Shown: piece after piece, positions 12,470 to 26,292 of the stretch | Numbering within the stretch: position 1 is the stretch's first letter | Layout of the letters: every line of letters starts with the position of its first letter | Source of the DNA: the human T2T-CHM13v2.0 reference genome, Homo sapiens | Assembly: GCF_009914755.1 (NCBI RefSeq) | Contig: NC_060937.1 | Direction: 5' to 3' (one strand) | Length of the DNA: 64,000 bases | The notes under the pieces: generated by a model | Databases searched by the model: none | What the model was told of the DNA's origin: nothing | What the model saw: only the letters and a program-made list of their open reading frames with translations | Made by a program: the position numbers and the translations under genes

Positions 12470-12610
12470 ATACACTGTTCTTTAGTGAAAAGCATATGAT
12501 TTGGGATCATAATTTTTCTACTTATTCATATTGAGCAAGTTAGCTCACTTTTCTAAGTTCTAGTTTTCCTAATTGATAAAAAAGGGAGGAGGATAATCAT
12601 ACATACATTA
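12470..12610 (+). mobile_element. MIR fragment
   Basis: TTGAGCAAGTTAGCTCACTTTTCTAAG...AGTTTTCCTAATTGATAAAA degenerate core. Confidence 0.5.
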
Positions 12611-12614
12611 TCGA

Positions 12615-13120
12615 TGGATAATTTAGTTGTTAATACAATAATGCTGGATAATAAACTACCACCAAAAAACCTCAGAGGCTTAAAGCAATAACCATTTGTT
12701 ATTGCTCAGGAGTCTATTTGGTCATCTGAGTCAAGCTGCTGATCTGGGCTGAGCTTGGCTCGTCGTGCCTCACTTCATTTACAGATCTGCAACCAGCTAG
12801 CAAGTCACTTGGGGGCTGGTTTAGGATGTCCTTTGCTGGGACTGTTCATGTCTGCTTTGCATGTTCTCTCATGTTGGAATAAACTTTCCTCTTTCCTTTG
12901 GAATCCTTTTGAAAGAGTGGAAGTCCACAGAGTGTCTTGAGGACTAGGTTCAAATCTGGCACAATATCTCATCCATAACTTTTTATTGGCCAAAGCAAGT
13001 TGCTAGGCCCATCTAGACTCAAGGAATGGGGACATATTTATCCTTTGAAAGAAGGAGTAGAAAGTCCCATTATGAAAGAACAGTGGAGAATTAGAGCCAT
13101 TTTTGCAATAACTCTAACAT
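12615..13120 (-). mobile_element. MLT1G/H-like MaLR solo LTR
   Basis: AAACCTCAGAGGCTTAAAGCAATAACCATTTGTTATTGCTCAGGAGTCT...TTATTGGCCAAAGCAAGT...GGCCCATCTAGACTCAAGG. Confidence 0.75.
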
Positions 13121-13194
13121 GATATAGTTTTGTAAATTTAAAGTAAAATACTATATAATGTATGTATAGTTATCTGTAATGCGACAGTTTTCCA

Positions 13195-13320
13195 ATGCTC
13201 ATCCCTTATTTTACAGAAGAGGAGACAGAGTTATAGAGAGTGTAATGTGTCTATTTAAGGCTATCTACTATTAAAAATCAGATTTGGCCCTGGAGCCTAG
13301 ATCTCTTGCCTCCTATGTAT
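13195..13320 (-). mobile_element. MIR fragment
   Basis: ATCCCTTATTTTACAGAAGAGGAGACAGAG antisense MIR core. Confidence 0.6.
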
Positions 13321-14582
13321 TTGCATAGCACTTTATTCCTGTAAAATGTTGTAAATAATATATTGAAATAAACAAAGCAGATGGGACTTGATTATTCCAT
13401 AGTTATTCATATAGTTTTACTTGCAACATGGTATTAATAGCATATATAGTTCTGTTACATTCTAATTCTGTGTTTCTCCTGGGTAATTTAAGCTGCAAAT
13501 TTTTATTTTTATTTTATTTTATTATTAATATTTAGTACTATCCAATCTGTCACTAGCAAGAAAATCTTTAATGTGAAGGAATGTCAAGGGAAATCTCTTT
13601 CAATTTTTATGACCCTCTGAGTGAAAATCAAAAAAATCACAACAAACATATTTAAGAAAGTTTCAGTTTAAACCCTGATGGAAATATGAATGATCATTTA
13701 TTTTTTACTTAGGTTTATAGTATTTACAATTCTTGGATTTTAAGTTTTATTTGCTGTGTATTTTTAAAAGCATTGGAAAAAACATATCAAATGAATTATA
13801 GTGTTGGCAAATCTTTGTCATTTGGATGAACTATTCATTGGTCTTAGATTCTTCTTTTAACCTTGATAAATTTTCCTCTTGCACGAGATGAAAATAAAGC
13901 TACCCACACGAGACTTTATGTCAGTTTTACAACAGCCAAGGAAAGCAAGGATATTCTTAAACACAATCAGTTTATGATATGAGACATAATGTTGTTTTAT
14001 TTGTGAGACTATCTGGTGCAGTTACAAGTATTTCATAACACCCAGTTTCTTTGAAAATCCTGCTAGCTTATTAGTTCTAATGACATCTTGCCCCAGAGAT
14101 TCACATTTCTTAAGCATGGCTTGTCTAAAGTACTTAATGTGTTTGTAATTCACACTGGCATATTTTACATATTGTACTCTCAAATTACTACTCTGCAATT
14201 TACATGTGATCTTGCTTTCAATTTCGATAAGAAAGATTTCCTATGTCATGTCTGCATTGAAAAAGTAAAAACACATGCTTCTCATTTGTTTCCTTTCTGG
14301 ATTGGTCTCCTGGTCCTTATTTGACAAATTGAACTTGGATTATATCTAGGCATGAGAGCATCTGGATGCTGGTGCTGTGTGTCCCTCAGTACCTCCCCAT
14401 ATTTCTGCTGTTATTGTCTCAGTTTTTGCTCTGGCAATCTTAGTGCTCAGCAAATGTTTATTGTCTTAGCTAAATAAGACTACTTAGATTTATTTAATGA
14501 ATAAAAAACATTATAGGAATTCTGTATTCCAAGTTAATTTTATGAAGTACTGAAGGACAATGCCTTAGTTTATTTTTTTTTC

Positions 14583-14665
14583 AGCCTACTGAATCAGTAT
14601 TTCAAGGGCAGGCATTTCAGGATCTGTGTTTTAAACAAAAGGCCCAAATAATTCTTATGACTAAG
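14583..14665. mobile_element. MER5A-like hAT-Charlie fragment
   Basis: CCTACTGAATCAG...GATCTGTGTTTTAAACAA...ATTCTTATG. Confidence 0.5.
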
Positions 14666-17454
14666 AAGTATTTTCACTGAAGAATAAAAAAAAATACAGT
14701 GAAATTCAAGTCCATCCCTGGACCTGAGTAGAGAAGTAAACTTACTTAATTCCTAATTGTATAACTTTTAGTAAATTGACTAATCACACCAGATTTCTGA
14801 TTTTTATCCTCTAAGATAGTTTTAAAAAAACACACTTAGGCTTCTTACAAAAATACTTGTGGAATAAAAAGGAAATAAGTTTGGAAATGTTTCAAAAACA
14901 TTTATACAAATATATCATTTTTCCTGTGCTTATGATTGCTGCTAATACTTTTTATTCTGGGCAAAGACATTTACTTTTCTCAAATCCCAATACATTTAGT
15001 TGATGGCTATAACTTTCTATTGTTTTGTTCAGTTTTGAAATTCAAACGTGGTTTAATAGTCATAAGAATTAATTTGAACAAATAGGACATATAAAATATA
15101 ATGTTAATTAGTATCACAGATTATTTGCTTTCTGAATGAATATATTGCAGTTTCTTCTTAGAAGTCAGAAATTTTCACCTAAATACAATGAGTATAAAGG
15201 TGATTTTTTACATCTGTGTCATGTAGCACTGCCAAAATAAAATATTTATTTTTCATTGATAGAAAGTAACTTATAGCACCTTTTCTCTTCCTGCTGAAAT
15301 ATTACCAATTAAATAAAACATGAGTTCTAGAGAGATTTTTTGCTTTCATTTCTCCATATGGATTTCAGAACTCTCTGTTCTCTCTCCTAGAGCATACCCC
15401 AAACTGATTTCTAGCTAGTGTATTTTTATGCATTCTGGTACTTTGAATTCTGAGACAAACCAAATTCCTGAATAAGTTAGAATATCAGGAAGCTCAGGAC
15501 TTGGGTTTGGGTCCACTAGGTAAACTCTGATTCTCATCAGGAAAACAACGTGAAGGCAATTATAAATGAGATCTTTTACTAGTGAATAACAAGAAAAGAA
15601 CAAGAAAGCTACATAATAAGTTTAGCACAACACCTGAGAATAAATCATTATACTTATATTTTAATCAATTTGATACATCTCAATTATTAGTATTCTATTC
15701 TCAGAGGATACGCAAATAAAGAATGGTTTGTGCTGCCTAACAGATATCTAATCCATTCAGGAATAGCCTGATGTTTCTATTTCTGCAAAATTTAGTCTTT
15801 ATTGTTGGCAATAGAAGCCTATATGTCAAAACTACCCTCCCCATCCTCCTTCAATAAATGAAAAGGCAAAGACACCTTGTCTCAGAGGTGTGTGCTCCTA
15901 GTGAGGGTGGGAGAAGGTAAAGAATATGGAGGGGGTGCCCCTAACACATTACCTGAATTCCTGTGAAGAGATCAGTGCACAAATGGAGGGCGGTATAATC
16001 ATTGTATTCTATATCTGGAGCTCATAATGGCAGCAAGGAAAAAGAAGGAAAAGTATACTTGTGGAAAAAAAAAATGTCATTCTAGAGGAGAGAAGGAAAC
16101 AAGCAAGATGAAAGTCCTAAGTCCCTAGGCTGGACCATATTTGAACCAGAGGTGGGCACTAGGTCCTAGTGTATCAGAAGATGAAATAGCTAATGTATGA
16201 CTTGTTCTAAATTTCCTAAGCTCACTGAAACTATACTCATAGAGGAAAAAATACATCTTAAAGTATTATGATAATATTTGAAATTCTAAAGTAAGATATT
16301 AACTGTTTACATAGTACTGAATTGCCGGCCTGTACTGGCAGTAGATTTGAGGGTCTGTTGTCAAATGATGAATATATATGTAGGACAGTTTCGCTTTTTT
16401 GAAAGGATTCGTGAGCAAGTATGTGCTAAACCAGTCGAATTGTGATTAGGACCCTGCCTTTTTTACTAAAAGTATGGCAAAGTAGGGTGATTAGGCACAA
16501 ACACTCCCACTCCAGAGACACAGAAGTTTTATTTGTGAAGTCTCTGATAGCTCCATGAAAATGGAATTTAGACAAAAGAAACGAGTCTGCAGTGCTTTGT
16601 GTTGAAATTGCTGAGGCAGTGTGCTTACCAGTACCACTTGAAGCATTTTTTTCTACTAAGGAATAAGAAATATAAATATATTGATATTACAAAGGGATTG
16701 CAGAAATGTCTGACTTTTTTTTTACATGGATTCTTTATAGTAATATATTATCTTTAGCTGCAGGGTTATTCTGTCTTCCATGGTAGCATGATATAGAGGA
16801 GAGGATATATGTGGGTATATTTGTGTGTGTGTATGCACATTTACGCATATGTGTATGTGTGTTTATATGTAGTATGCTTGGGCAAGAGGAAAGGTCAGTA
16901 AAGTAATTAAACAAAGCCACATGATAGCTCATTACCTCCCTTCTTAGAGGAGACTGAAGATCCCCCTTTTGTATCCCTGCATATATATTTCTCTTTGTTT
17001 GACTTTGAGAGAATTTGTGTGTATAGAGAAATCATGAAAAAAGCTCATCCATCAACAGTTTTTGCAGCTTTATAAACCCTCAAAATCTAATGTGAGTACT
17101 TTGCTGTTGTCACTTGCATTTTCTCACTTCATTGGACAATTAGATTATTTGATGTGTTTTTAAAGTAATTACGAGCACAAAAGTGTCTCCTGTTGATTAT
17201 GACAAATGCCTGTCAAGCTGTGAACTATCTAGGAAAGTATTCAAATCTATTAAGAACCCGATGATCTTTTTTATAATTTATTTCACTCTAGGCAGAGGCT
17301 GATATGACAGAATTAAATTTAAGGTTATTCAGTGACACCAGATTACCCAGGAGCTATCACTGATGAAAGTCAAAGAAAAGGGGAAAAAAAAGAGAGAGTT
17401 TTACAAGGACCCTGAACTTATATTTTTAGACAAGTAAAATAGAAAAATATTTTC

Positions 17455-18260
17455 ATGTTTTTATTAATTCATTCAAAACTTCACTGGGTACTGTCAGGCA
17501 GTATATTGCTTACCATGACTCAGTGAAGAATAGGCCACTTTCTCTGTTGTCAAGGGTCTTAAAACTTGATTGTGAACAATGAAAAGTAAAATAAAATACA
17601 AAACAAAGTATGATTAGAGTAAGAAGGGCTTAAACTAGCTCATAGGAGGGGCAACTAAACATTTTAATTGTAAGAATTTCCCTGAAAAATAGTTATTTAA
17701 ATGTTTGGACTATATTTGAAAAAGTCAGTCTGTATAGGATAGAGAAGGAGAGCAAAGGGAAAACTATTTCCAGATAAAAGTATAGCATATACACAGGGTC
17801 AAGGAAATCAGTCTATCAAATTGGTAAACTGAAAATTCTTCAGTATGCTACAACATAAGAATATAAGACAAATGTGCCAAAAATTGGATGTGGCAGTTTA
17901 GCAGGATTTTGGGAGATGGAATTACAAGTTTAGAATCAGTAGGGAGCCAGTGAACATGTTTAATTAGAGGAGTGATATGATCAGATGTATACTTTAAAAA
18001 GAAAAAAAAAGTATCTAACAGTCATAGGGAGAACTGAAATGAAGCAAGACTGAATAAAGCCAGACCAGATTTAGCAGAAAGATAATTCAGACAAATTTAA
18101 GAATGGCACTTCCATTTCCAACTTGGACAACTGGGAGTTTATTGGTTCAAATCACCAAGATCAGAGACCTAGGAAAAACAAGTTTCTAATTGTATGAGGA
18201 GAGGGAGTCCAGCTTCGATCATTATGAATTTGAGAATTCCTGTGGGATAGGCTGACAGGG
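17455..18260 (-). mobile_element. L2 LINE fragment
   Basis: ATTCATTCA start; AGGGAGCCAGTGAA...AGGAGTGATATGATCAGAT...TTTAAAA, typical antisense L2. Confidence 0.65.
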
Positions 18261-18559
18261 GAGAGGATTGAAAAGCATCAGTGTGGAAAACACTTCCTGT
18301 TAACGCAAAGCTTAAGAGGAGTGACCACTTGCCAGTCAGACACTGGGCTTTAAACTTGCAATATTGTAATTGATTCAAGAGATGGGAAAACATCAACAGC
18401 AGGCCAATTTCCCTCCAGGTTGTGGGGAAGAGATGATCAGGGTAGATGCTCTCTCAAACTTCTCAGTTTCTTAATGATCTAATTTAGATGTCCTAGCTTT
18501 TCTATTGTTTTCGTCTGTTTCTGACTTAGAAGATTAGGTTGTTTCCCACCTAAAAAGAC

Positions 18560-18997
18560 CCATGTTGTGTATTGTTTGATGTAAAACAGTATCAAATCGC
18601 TTTGGGATGGCTTTGCCTCCAACAGCTAGCACCTGCAGTTCCTCCAGCCTGTTCTGTCCACAACCTAGAAAGTCAGAAGTGTCCAGGAATTTGTATTTCC
18701 CATGGGTGGTCATTAACTAAGGACTTACAGGTGTGGGAAAAAGCAAGCCCCCCCCCCCCGCCCCCCACCAGATTCCTTGACAGAGGTCAGGACAATTTTG
18801 TGCCATAACTTGTACTCAATCCGTAGTTACCACTTTGAGGACTATGCCTGAGACCACACTCTTGATTGGCTTACTCCCTACTGTTCTGCTTTATTGATTC
18901 CCTTTTGGCGTGTCCCCTGATAAAATTCCCTTAATAAGTTATTTGCTCACAAATTCTCATCCTAGGCTCCACTTCCCGGGACTCTGTCCTAAGACAT
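18560..18997 (+). mobile_element. LTR16-family ERVL solo LTR
   Basis: 3' end CCCTTAATAAGTTATTTGCTCACAAATTCTCATCCTAGGCTCCACTTCCCGGGA...CCTAAGACA. Confidence 0.6.
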
Positions 18998-19193
18998 ACT
19001 GTTTTCATGTTTACCTTACCAATTCCCACACTCCTCTATGCATCTGTCCACAGGAACCAGTGAAATGTCTGGAATACCTCTTCACACATAAATCTAATAG
19101 AGGATGCTTGATGTTTCCCAAGATGGTCCCATTTCTGATCTATGAGTAAATTGACACGAAATACACATTTTACATTTTGAATGTGTTAAGAGG

Positions 19194-19773
19194 TGTGATT
19201 GTTAGTACTAGGTGTCAACTTGATTGGATTGGAGAACGCCTAGATAACCGGTAAAGTATTTTTCCTGGGTGTGTCTGTGAGTGTGTTGCCACAGGAGATT
19301 GGCATTTGAGTCAGTGGACTGGGAGAGGATGACTCACCCTCAATGTGGGTGGGTCCAATCAATTGCTAGCAAGGCTAGAAAAAGCAAGTGGAAGAAGGTG
19401 AGATGAGCCTGGCTTGCTGAGTCTTCTGGCTTCCATCTTTCTCCTGTGCTGTATGCTTCCTCCCATTCTTCCTGCCCTTGGACCTCAGACTCCAGGTTAT
19501 TCGGCCTTTGGACTCTTGAACTTACACCTGTCGTTTGTCAGGGATTCTCAGAACTTTGGCCTCAGACTGAAGGCTGTACCGTCAGCTTCCCTGCTTTTGA
19601 GGCTTTTAGCCTCCAACTGAGCCACTACTGGCTTCTTTCTTCCCCAGCTTGCAGATGGCCTATCATGGGACTTTGCCTTGTGATCGTGTGAGCAAATTCT
19701 CCCTAACAAACTCCCTTTCATATATACATATATCCTATTAGTTATGTTCCTCTGAAGAACCCTGATTAATACA
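19194..19773 (+). mobile_element. MLT2B-like ERVL solo LTR
   Basis: TGTGATTGTTAGTACTAGGTGTCAACTTGATTGGATT...GAAGAACCCTGATTAATACA; perfect TSD AGAGG at 19189-19193 and 19774-19778. Confidence 0.92.
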
Positions 19774-19867
19774 AGAGGTAAATGTTTTATATATGCACAT
19801 GCATGCATGCACATGTTATATATGTTTGTATATGTGTATGTATGTAGTAACAATAATAAATCTACTT

Positions 19868-20150
19868 GTATTTGTCAGAATGTTTTCAAGTACAAGTGAC
19901 AGAATTCCAACTAAAACTAACTTAAACAAAAAAAGATAATTAATTATCACATAAATCGTGCATGCCCAAACAGTAGGTGTCGCCTTGAGCATGGCTGAAT
20001 TTGGGGTTCAATGAGGTCATTAGAAATTGATCTACCTCTTTCATCTCCTGCATATGTTTGTTTCAGCTACCTTCTTTCTAGATAGGCTCTGCCAACAAGG
20101 AGACAAAATGGCTGCTGGAAGCTTTAAGTTTATAGTGACCTCATAAATCT
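19868..20150 (-). mobile_element. Old MLT1 (J/K-like) LTR fragment
   Basis: CAAGTGACAGAATTCCAACTAAAACTAACTTAAACAAAAAA...GGGGTTCAATGAGGTCATTAG...CAAAATGGCTGCTG. Confidence 0.6.
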
Positions 20151-20159
20151 GGATTCTAC

Positions 20160-21000
20160 AGTTGCTATTTTAAAAATGCAATTCCTTTTATGCTTTTTTG
20201 TTGATGACCTATTTTTTTTAATCTTTCTCTCCAGAAGCTTTTAGGATTTTCTCTCTATCCCTGCTGTTTTGCAATTTCACAATGATTTGTCTTGTTATGG
20301 ATCTTTTAAATTTCATTTTGCTGGCCTCTCTCCGGGCTCTTTGAATCTGAAAACTTATATTAACCAGGCCTGGGAATCATTTTTATATTATTACATTGAT
20401 GGTAACCTCACTTCCATTTTCTTCTTCCCTTTTCCTGATATCCAAATCATTTTAGTCAAGTGTAGTGATCTTCACATTGTCTTATTATTTTCATTTTAAA
20501 TTCATTGTTTTGTTCTATTTTCTAGCTGATAGTTTCAAATTTACATTTCACTCAGTTGGTCTTATTTTTAAATTCTAATGATGTTTTTTCTTATGATCTA
20601 AAATATGTTTTAGAATAGTGTTGATTTTTTACTGGATGGGATATCTTACCTTTTGGATGATTTTTAAACTTTCTTCTTATTCTTGTATTTTTCTGTCTTT
20701 CCTCAAATTCTTTCATTGTTCCAGTTTGTCTTGCTTAAATATTTTATGGCAAGAACTTTCTTTAATCATTTCCTTAAATGTCTGGTGGTTTGTGGGTGTC
20801 CTGTCACAGTTAAGTATGAGATTCTAAGAAAATTACAGAAAATTCTGTGGGCAGGGACAGAAGTTGATGGATGAGCTTTACGTTTTGTTGATCAGATGGA
20901 GGCTCAGCTATTTCACTGGGAAATTGTGAAAGGTCAGTATCTATAGGTCTTTGCTTTTCCAGTTATTGTATTTCCCAATGAAAAAGTCCTCAATCATTTT
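20160..21000 (-). mobile_element. Ancient L1M fragment (ORF1/5' region)
   Basis: T-rich antisense L1 pattern: GCTTTTAGGATTTTCTCTCTATCCCTG...GCAATTTCACAATGAT. Confidence 0.55.
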
Positions 21001-21160
21001 CCTGGATATAAACCCGTTTGTCTCTGTTCTGGAGGCCAATGGAGGGAAGAGGCAAATGCTTCAGCACAAAGATATTCACTTAATATCACCCTAAACTTGC
21101 ATTTAGTGTCCGTGAAATAGGAATCTTTTTTCAACCCAACCTTCCACAAATTATGAGGGT

Positions 21161-21686
21161 TGTCTGAGTTATCTGCTGCATGAGCAGTTACCCCAAAACT
21201 TAGTGACTAAACACAGTAATAACCATTTATTATCTCTCATAATTTTGGTGGATCTGAAATTCCGGGGAAGTTTGAGTTGTTCTGGTTCAGGGTCTCTCCA
21301 TGAGGTTATAGGGAGACATCTGCCAGCATTCCGTCATTTGAAGCCTTTGCTGTAGTTGTAGGATCTGCTTTCAAAGGTTGTTAATTCACATAGCTGACAA
21401 CTTAGAAGTAACTATTAGTGGAAGTTCTCAGTTTCTGTCCAACAAGGGTGTACTCCCAGGGCTGCTGGAGTGTCCTCAGAGCAGTTAGAGCTCCCTAAAG
21501 TAAATGATCTGAGAGGATAAGTGAAAGGTGAAATGCCTTTTATGATCTAGCCTCAGAATTTGTATGTCATGTCTTCCACGGTTATCTACTGGTCACGTAT
21601 CTCATTCCTGATTCAACGTGGGAAGGGACTGCACAAGGGCATGAGTACCAGAACACTGCGGGCCACCCAGGAGGGTGTCTGCCACA
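21161..21686 (-). mobile_element. MLT1F-like MaLR solo LTR
   Basis: TTACCCCAAAACTTAGTGACTAAACAC...CATTTATTATCTCTCA...GGAAGGGACTGCACAAGGGCATGAGTACCAG...TCTGCCACA. Confidence 0.75.
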
Positions 21687-21807
21687 AAGGTGTTTATTAC
21701 TACTTGTTTGTATTCTTATCTCCTTGCCATTAAACATTGGCGTAAATAGGTGATTGTCTTTTAAAAAAGTTTTATTTATATGTGCAATAAGATATTTACA
21801 TAGCTCT

Positions 21808-21836
21808 ACACATACACACACACACACACACACACA
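21808..21836. repeat. (CA)n microsatellite
   Basis: direct inspection. Confidence 0.9.
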
Positions 21837-22289
21837 ATGACATATTATAGTTTTTTACCTCAATATAGTAAGATCAGTGTTCCAGTTACATTTCTCTGCA
21901 TCCTCTCAAATCTGCCTTCCTTTGTTTATTGACTTCATATGAATGCTGGCTTCTTCCATAATTAGTAAATGACTAAAACAACATATACCTTAATTATAGG
22001 CAGTGAAAAAAGAATCCGCTCAGTGAAACATAAAAAAAAAATTCAGATAGTTTTCTGCCTTTCAGCTTTTATCTCAAGATATAAAACCAATCTTCATGCA
22101 TCTTTACTTATGGAAAGTAATATTTCAGATTGAAAAAGTCTGGACTCTTTTCAAAAGAGTGTTCTCAGTCTTCTTAGGGAAACACGTTAGGAGAAACATT
22201 AAAGCATCTATGTACTTGAGTCATCTTTTTTTCCTTTTCTTTTTCTTTCTTTGTTCTAACTAAATGGCACACTTTACTCAGACATCCTT

Positions 22290-24560
22290 AGTCTCCCATC
22301 GTGCCCTTTGGATGCAGGATCTTATTCAGCAAATCTCAGGATATGCCCTTATCATGTCTCTTTAGCGTCTTCTGTACCATAACCGTTTCACAGGCTTCCC
22401 TTGATTTTGATGATCTTGAGAGTTTTGAAGAGTACTACTCAGGTATTTTGTAGAATAAGTAACCCTCAATTTTACTGTGTCTGATTTGTTTTTCACAGTA
22501 ATTCTGGAGTTATGGGTGTGGAAAAAAGATTAGAGAGATAAAGTTTTATTCTCATTACAACATAACAAGGGTACATGCTTTCAACATGACTTGGCACTGT
22601 TCATGTTAACCTTCATCACCTGGCCAAAGCAGTTCTCTCCACTGTAAAGTTACTCACCATCCCCTAATAATCCACTCTTTAGAAACAAGTCATTAAATGC
22701 AATCCATGATCAAAAGGTGGAGAGCTAAGTTCCACCTCCATGAGAAAGAAGTATATACATAAATTACTAGGAATTCTTTTCTATGGGACATTTGTTTCTT
22801 CTTTCACTCCAATATATATCTATAAAATATGTGATTAGGCAATTTTATTGTTGTGAAAACATCAGAGTATTCTTACACAAACCTAGATGGCATAGCCCAC
22901 CACACACTAGGCCGTATGGTATAGCCTATTGTTCCTAGACTACAAACCTGTACAGCATGTTACAGTACTGAATACTGTAGGTAATTGTAATACCATGGCA
23001 TTTATGTATCTGAACATATCTAAACATATAAATCATACAGTAAAAATACAGTATAAAAGATAAAAGATGGTCCACCTCTATGGGGCACTTACCAGGAATG
23101 AAGCTTGCAGTCTTGAAGCTGCTCTTGGTGAGTCAATGAGTGAGTGGTAAGTTAATGTGAAGGCCTAGGACATTACTGCAAACTACCATAGACTTTATAA
23201 ACACTGTACATTTAGTCTACACTAAGTTTATTTTAACATTTTTTCTTTCTTTCATAATCTTAGGATACTATAATCTATTTACTTTATAAACTGAATTTTT
23301 AAATTATTGATGCTATTGTAATAACACAGCTTAAAATGCAAACACATTGTACAGCAGTACAAAATAGTTTTTCTTTATTCTATAAGCTCTTTCCACTTTT
23401 AATTTTATATTTTTAATTTATAAACTTGTATTTAGTGTCCATGAAATAGGAATCTCTTTTCAACAAACTAAGACACTAACATACACATTAGCTTAGGCCT
23501 ACACAGGGTCAAGGTCATCAGTGTAATGTTCACCTCCACACTTTGTCCCACTAGAAGGCCTTCAAGGGCAATAACATGCATGGAGCTGTCGTCTCCTGTG
23601 ATCACAATGCCTTGTTCTGGAATAATTCTTGAAGGTACTGCCTGCAACTCTTTTAGAGTTAACTTTTTAAAAACACAAGTATAATAAGTACACTTTAAAG
23701 TAATGAAAAAGTATAATATAATAAACATGTAAACTGGTAACATAGTTGTTTATTATCGTTTTTAAGTATTATACACTGAACACGATTTTATGTGCTATAA
23801 GACTGACAGCACAGCAAGTTTTGTGTTTATACCTGCATCACCACAAACCTGCCCTGTGCTATAATCTTAGGATGACTACAGTATCAATAAGTAATAGGAA
23901 TGTTTTGGCTCCACTATAATCTTATAAGAACTTTGTCATATATGCTGTCTGTCATTGACTGAAACATCATTATATAATGCATGACTGTATAAACATACAC
24001 ACACACATAAATACAAACGTATATATAATATATATGCTTTTAATAAATATACTTTTAATTTAATAAACTTTAATAAGGATTCTTGGATGTATTACTACAT
24101 TATTTATATTGTTGCTCAAATGGTTCCAACTTTGGCAACTGGGAGTGCTTTCAGTTGGCTTCTTTGTCCTTTGGATATGTTCCTATTTCTTTCTTTTTTT
24201 TTAAGCACTTCTTTACTTTCTAGCAATCACATTCCTCATGATTATTTTATATATTCCCTAGTTCAGCCCTAGAATCAGCAATTCTTCAAGAAACTCTTAT
24301 TCTTCATATTGATGACTTTTATCAGATACAAGATCTGGGTGCTATATATATATTGGGATTGGGGTATCATTGCCTGTGACCCCTCTCAATTGGCAGAACT
24401 AGGAAATATATGTATGTACACTAATCAATGCAGCTACATATGTCTATAATTATTATTGTATCAATCCATCTATAATTAAGCTAAATATGAGTTCATAGTA
24501 ATACTTCTGACTCTAATGCTGGGCCATGAGAACCATTCTAACCTTTCCCATGGCACTCAT
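22290..24560 (-). mobile_element. L1MC/MD-like 3' UTR fragment interrupted by Tigger3
   Basis: TTTTGAAGAGTACTACTCAGGTATTTTGTAGAAT; resumes after Tigger with GTTGCTCAAATGGTTCCAACTTTGGCAACTGGGAGTGCTTTCAGTTGGCT. Confidence 0.7.
22830..23988. mobile_element. Tigger3b-like (TcMar-Tigger) non-autonomous DNA transposon
   Basis: TTACACAAACCTAGATGGCATAGCC...CTACAAACCTGTACAGCATGTTAC; terminal GCATGACTG followed by TA. Confidence 0.85.
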
Positions 24561-25394
24561 TTTGCAGTAGAGAATATGAATTTAGACCCTGGATTTAAGA
24601 TCTGTCTTTTATACAGTAGCAGAAATCAAGCAGACAACTTTGTCTGAAGAAGTGCAAAATGCACCCTTGGGGTAGAATCATTTTGTGTTTTTTTGTTTGT
24701 TTGTTTGTTTGCGACTGCTGTTGTAATTTCAATTTTCTCTTATATGTGGTTTTCTCTAGTTTAGCCGTCCCTTTAGAGATTTTTTAATATGATTAGTCAA
24801 TGATTTAGTTTAATTGAATTTCAGTATTCTCAATATCAAAATGAAGTTATTAAATTTAACATGTCTGATTATATTCTATATGCTTTAATATCAGTGGTAC
24901 TAAATGGATTAAGATATTAATATTTTATGAGTTGATATTTCAAGTGTTAGATTGTATTAGAGCTGTTTAAAATTAGTGTATCTTGTAGAATTTACCTTTC
25001 CCAGCAGTGATCCATTTTAAAATTCAAGTCTCTAAACACAACATTTTGGAAGTAATTTTTATATTCACCAGCTATGTATGTTCTATTGCAAAAATGATCT
25101 GAGCATAAAGCATGCTTTATAGTAAGTAGAAGCAGCAGCTACTTTAATTACAGTGATCTCACTGGAGAAAAGAAATAAACACCATTATCATCCTTCTGCT
25201 TTCGCCCTACTTTTATCTGAAATTGAACATAAAACACTTTGCATCAAGACTTAAAATTATTTCAAAATGTTTCAAACAGCACACACAAGGTGTATCATTA
25301 GAATTTTAGCTCATGTATACCATTAAAATAACACAATTGCTGAATATTGTTTATTTTTTCTATAGAGTATCTAGAAGAACAACAATAACAATAA

Positions 25395-25640
25395 CCAATC
25401 ACCTTCTCTGCTAACGAAGAAACCAAGATCTAGAGAGATTAAGAGTAAAGCAGGAAAGAGTCCAGCTTAAAGTTTCAGATCAGCCTAAAATCCTTTCTTA
25501 CTCAATTTACGTAATGCATAAAATGGGAAAATACATAATCTAATTAAACCTCATTTTTCTTATCTATAATTTAAAAATAACTATATACATTTTATGGGAT
25601 TATTATTAGGATTAAATAAGAAAATATATGTAAACCACCC
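25395..25640. mobile_element. MIR fragments
   Basis: CTAACGAAGAAACCAAGATCTAGAGAGATTAAG and CCTCATTTTTCTTATCTATAA...AGGATTAAATAAG. Confidence 0.45.
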
Positions 25641-26001
25641 TGGTCATTGACAGTCATGCAGATTGCTCCATTAAAGATTGGTTCTCTTTTCCTTCCCCAG
25701 GTAGTAGTGAATAAGGGACAGATGCTGGATAAACCTTTTTCAGCTGTCTCTGATTCCAGTGTTATAAAGAGCTTTACATACTTCAAAAAATGCACAAAGC
25801 ACCCTATTCAAATCTTCATGTTGTTTTTACACGATGGTATTTAAATGTTAATTTACCTGTGCAGTGGCTTAGGGAAAGAAAATACTGGGCTCGGTTTCCT
25901 GATCCAAGTATATTTTATATATGTCTGTGTTTATATTTTTTTCAGGATTTTTTTTCTGGTAACGTATAGAACTGTCATTTATGTTATTAATATTTCAATT
26001 T

Positions 26002-26292
26002 GGCCAGGTGCGGTGGTGCATGCCTGTAATCCCAGAACTTTGGGAGGCCGAGGCAGGCAGATCACTTGAAGTCAAGAGTTTGAGACCAGCCTGGGCAACA
26101 TGGCGAAACCCCGACTCTACTAAAAATAGAAAAAAAAAAATTAGCCGGGCGTGGTGGTGCATGCCTGCTCGGGAGGCTGAGGCTGGAGAATTGCTTGAAC
26201 CCAGGAGGCGGAGGTTGCAGCGAGCCGAGATCGCGCCACTGCACTCCAGCCTGGGCGACAAGAGTGAAAACTCCATCTTAAAAAAAATAATA
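26002..26292 (+). mobile_element. AluS (Sq/Sx-like), small deletion at start of the right arm
   Basis: full dimer with A-tail; near-TSD AATATTTCAATT / AATAATTTCAATT. Confidence 0.95.

Noticed and set aside
18748-18766. C-run (possible G-quadruplex on the minus strand)
   Set aside because: Simple homopolymer expansion within an old LTR; nothing else supports function
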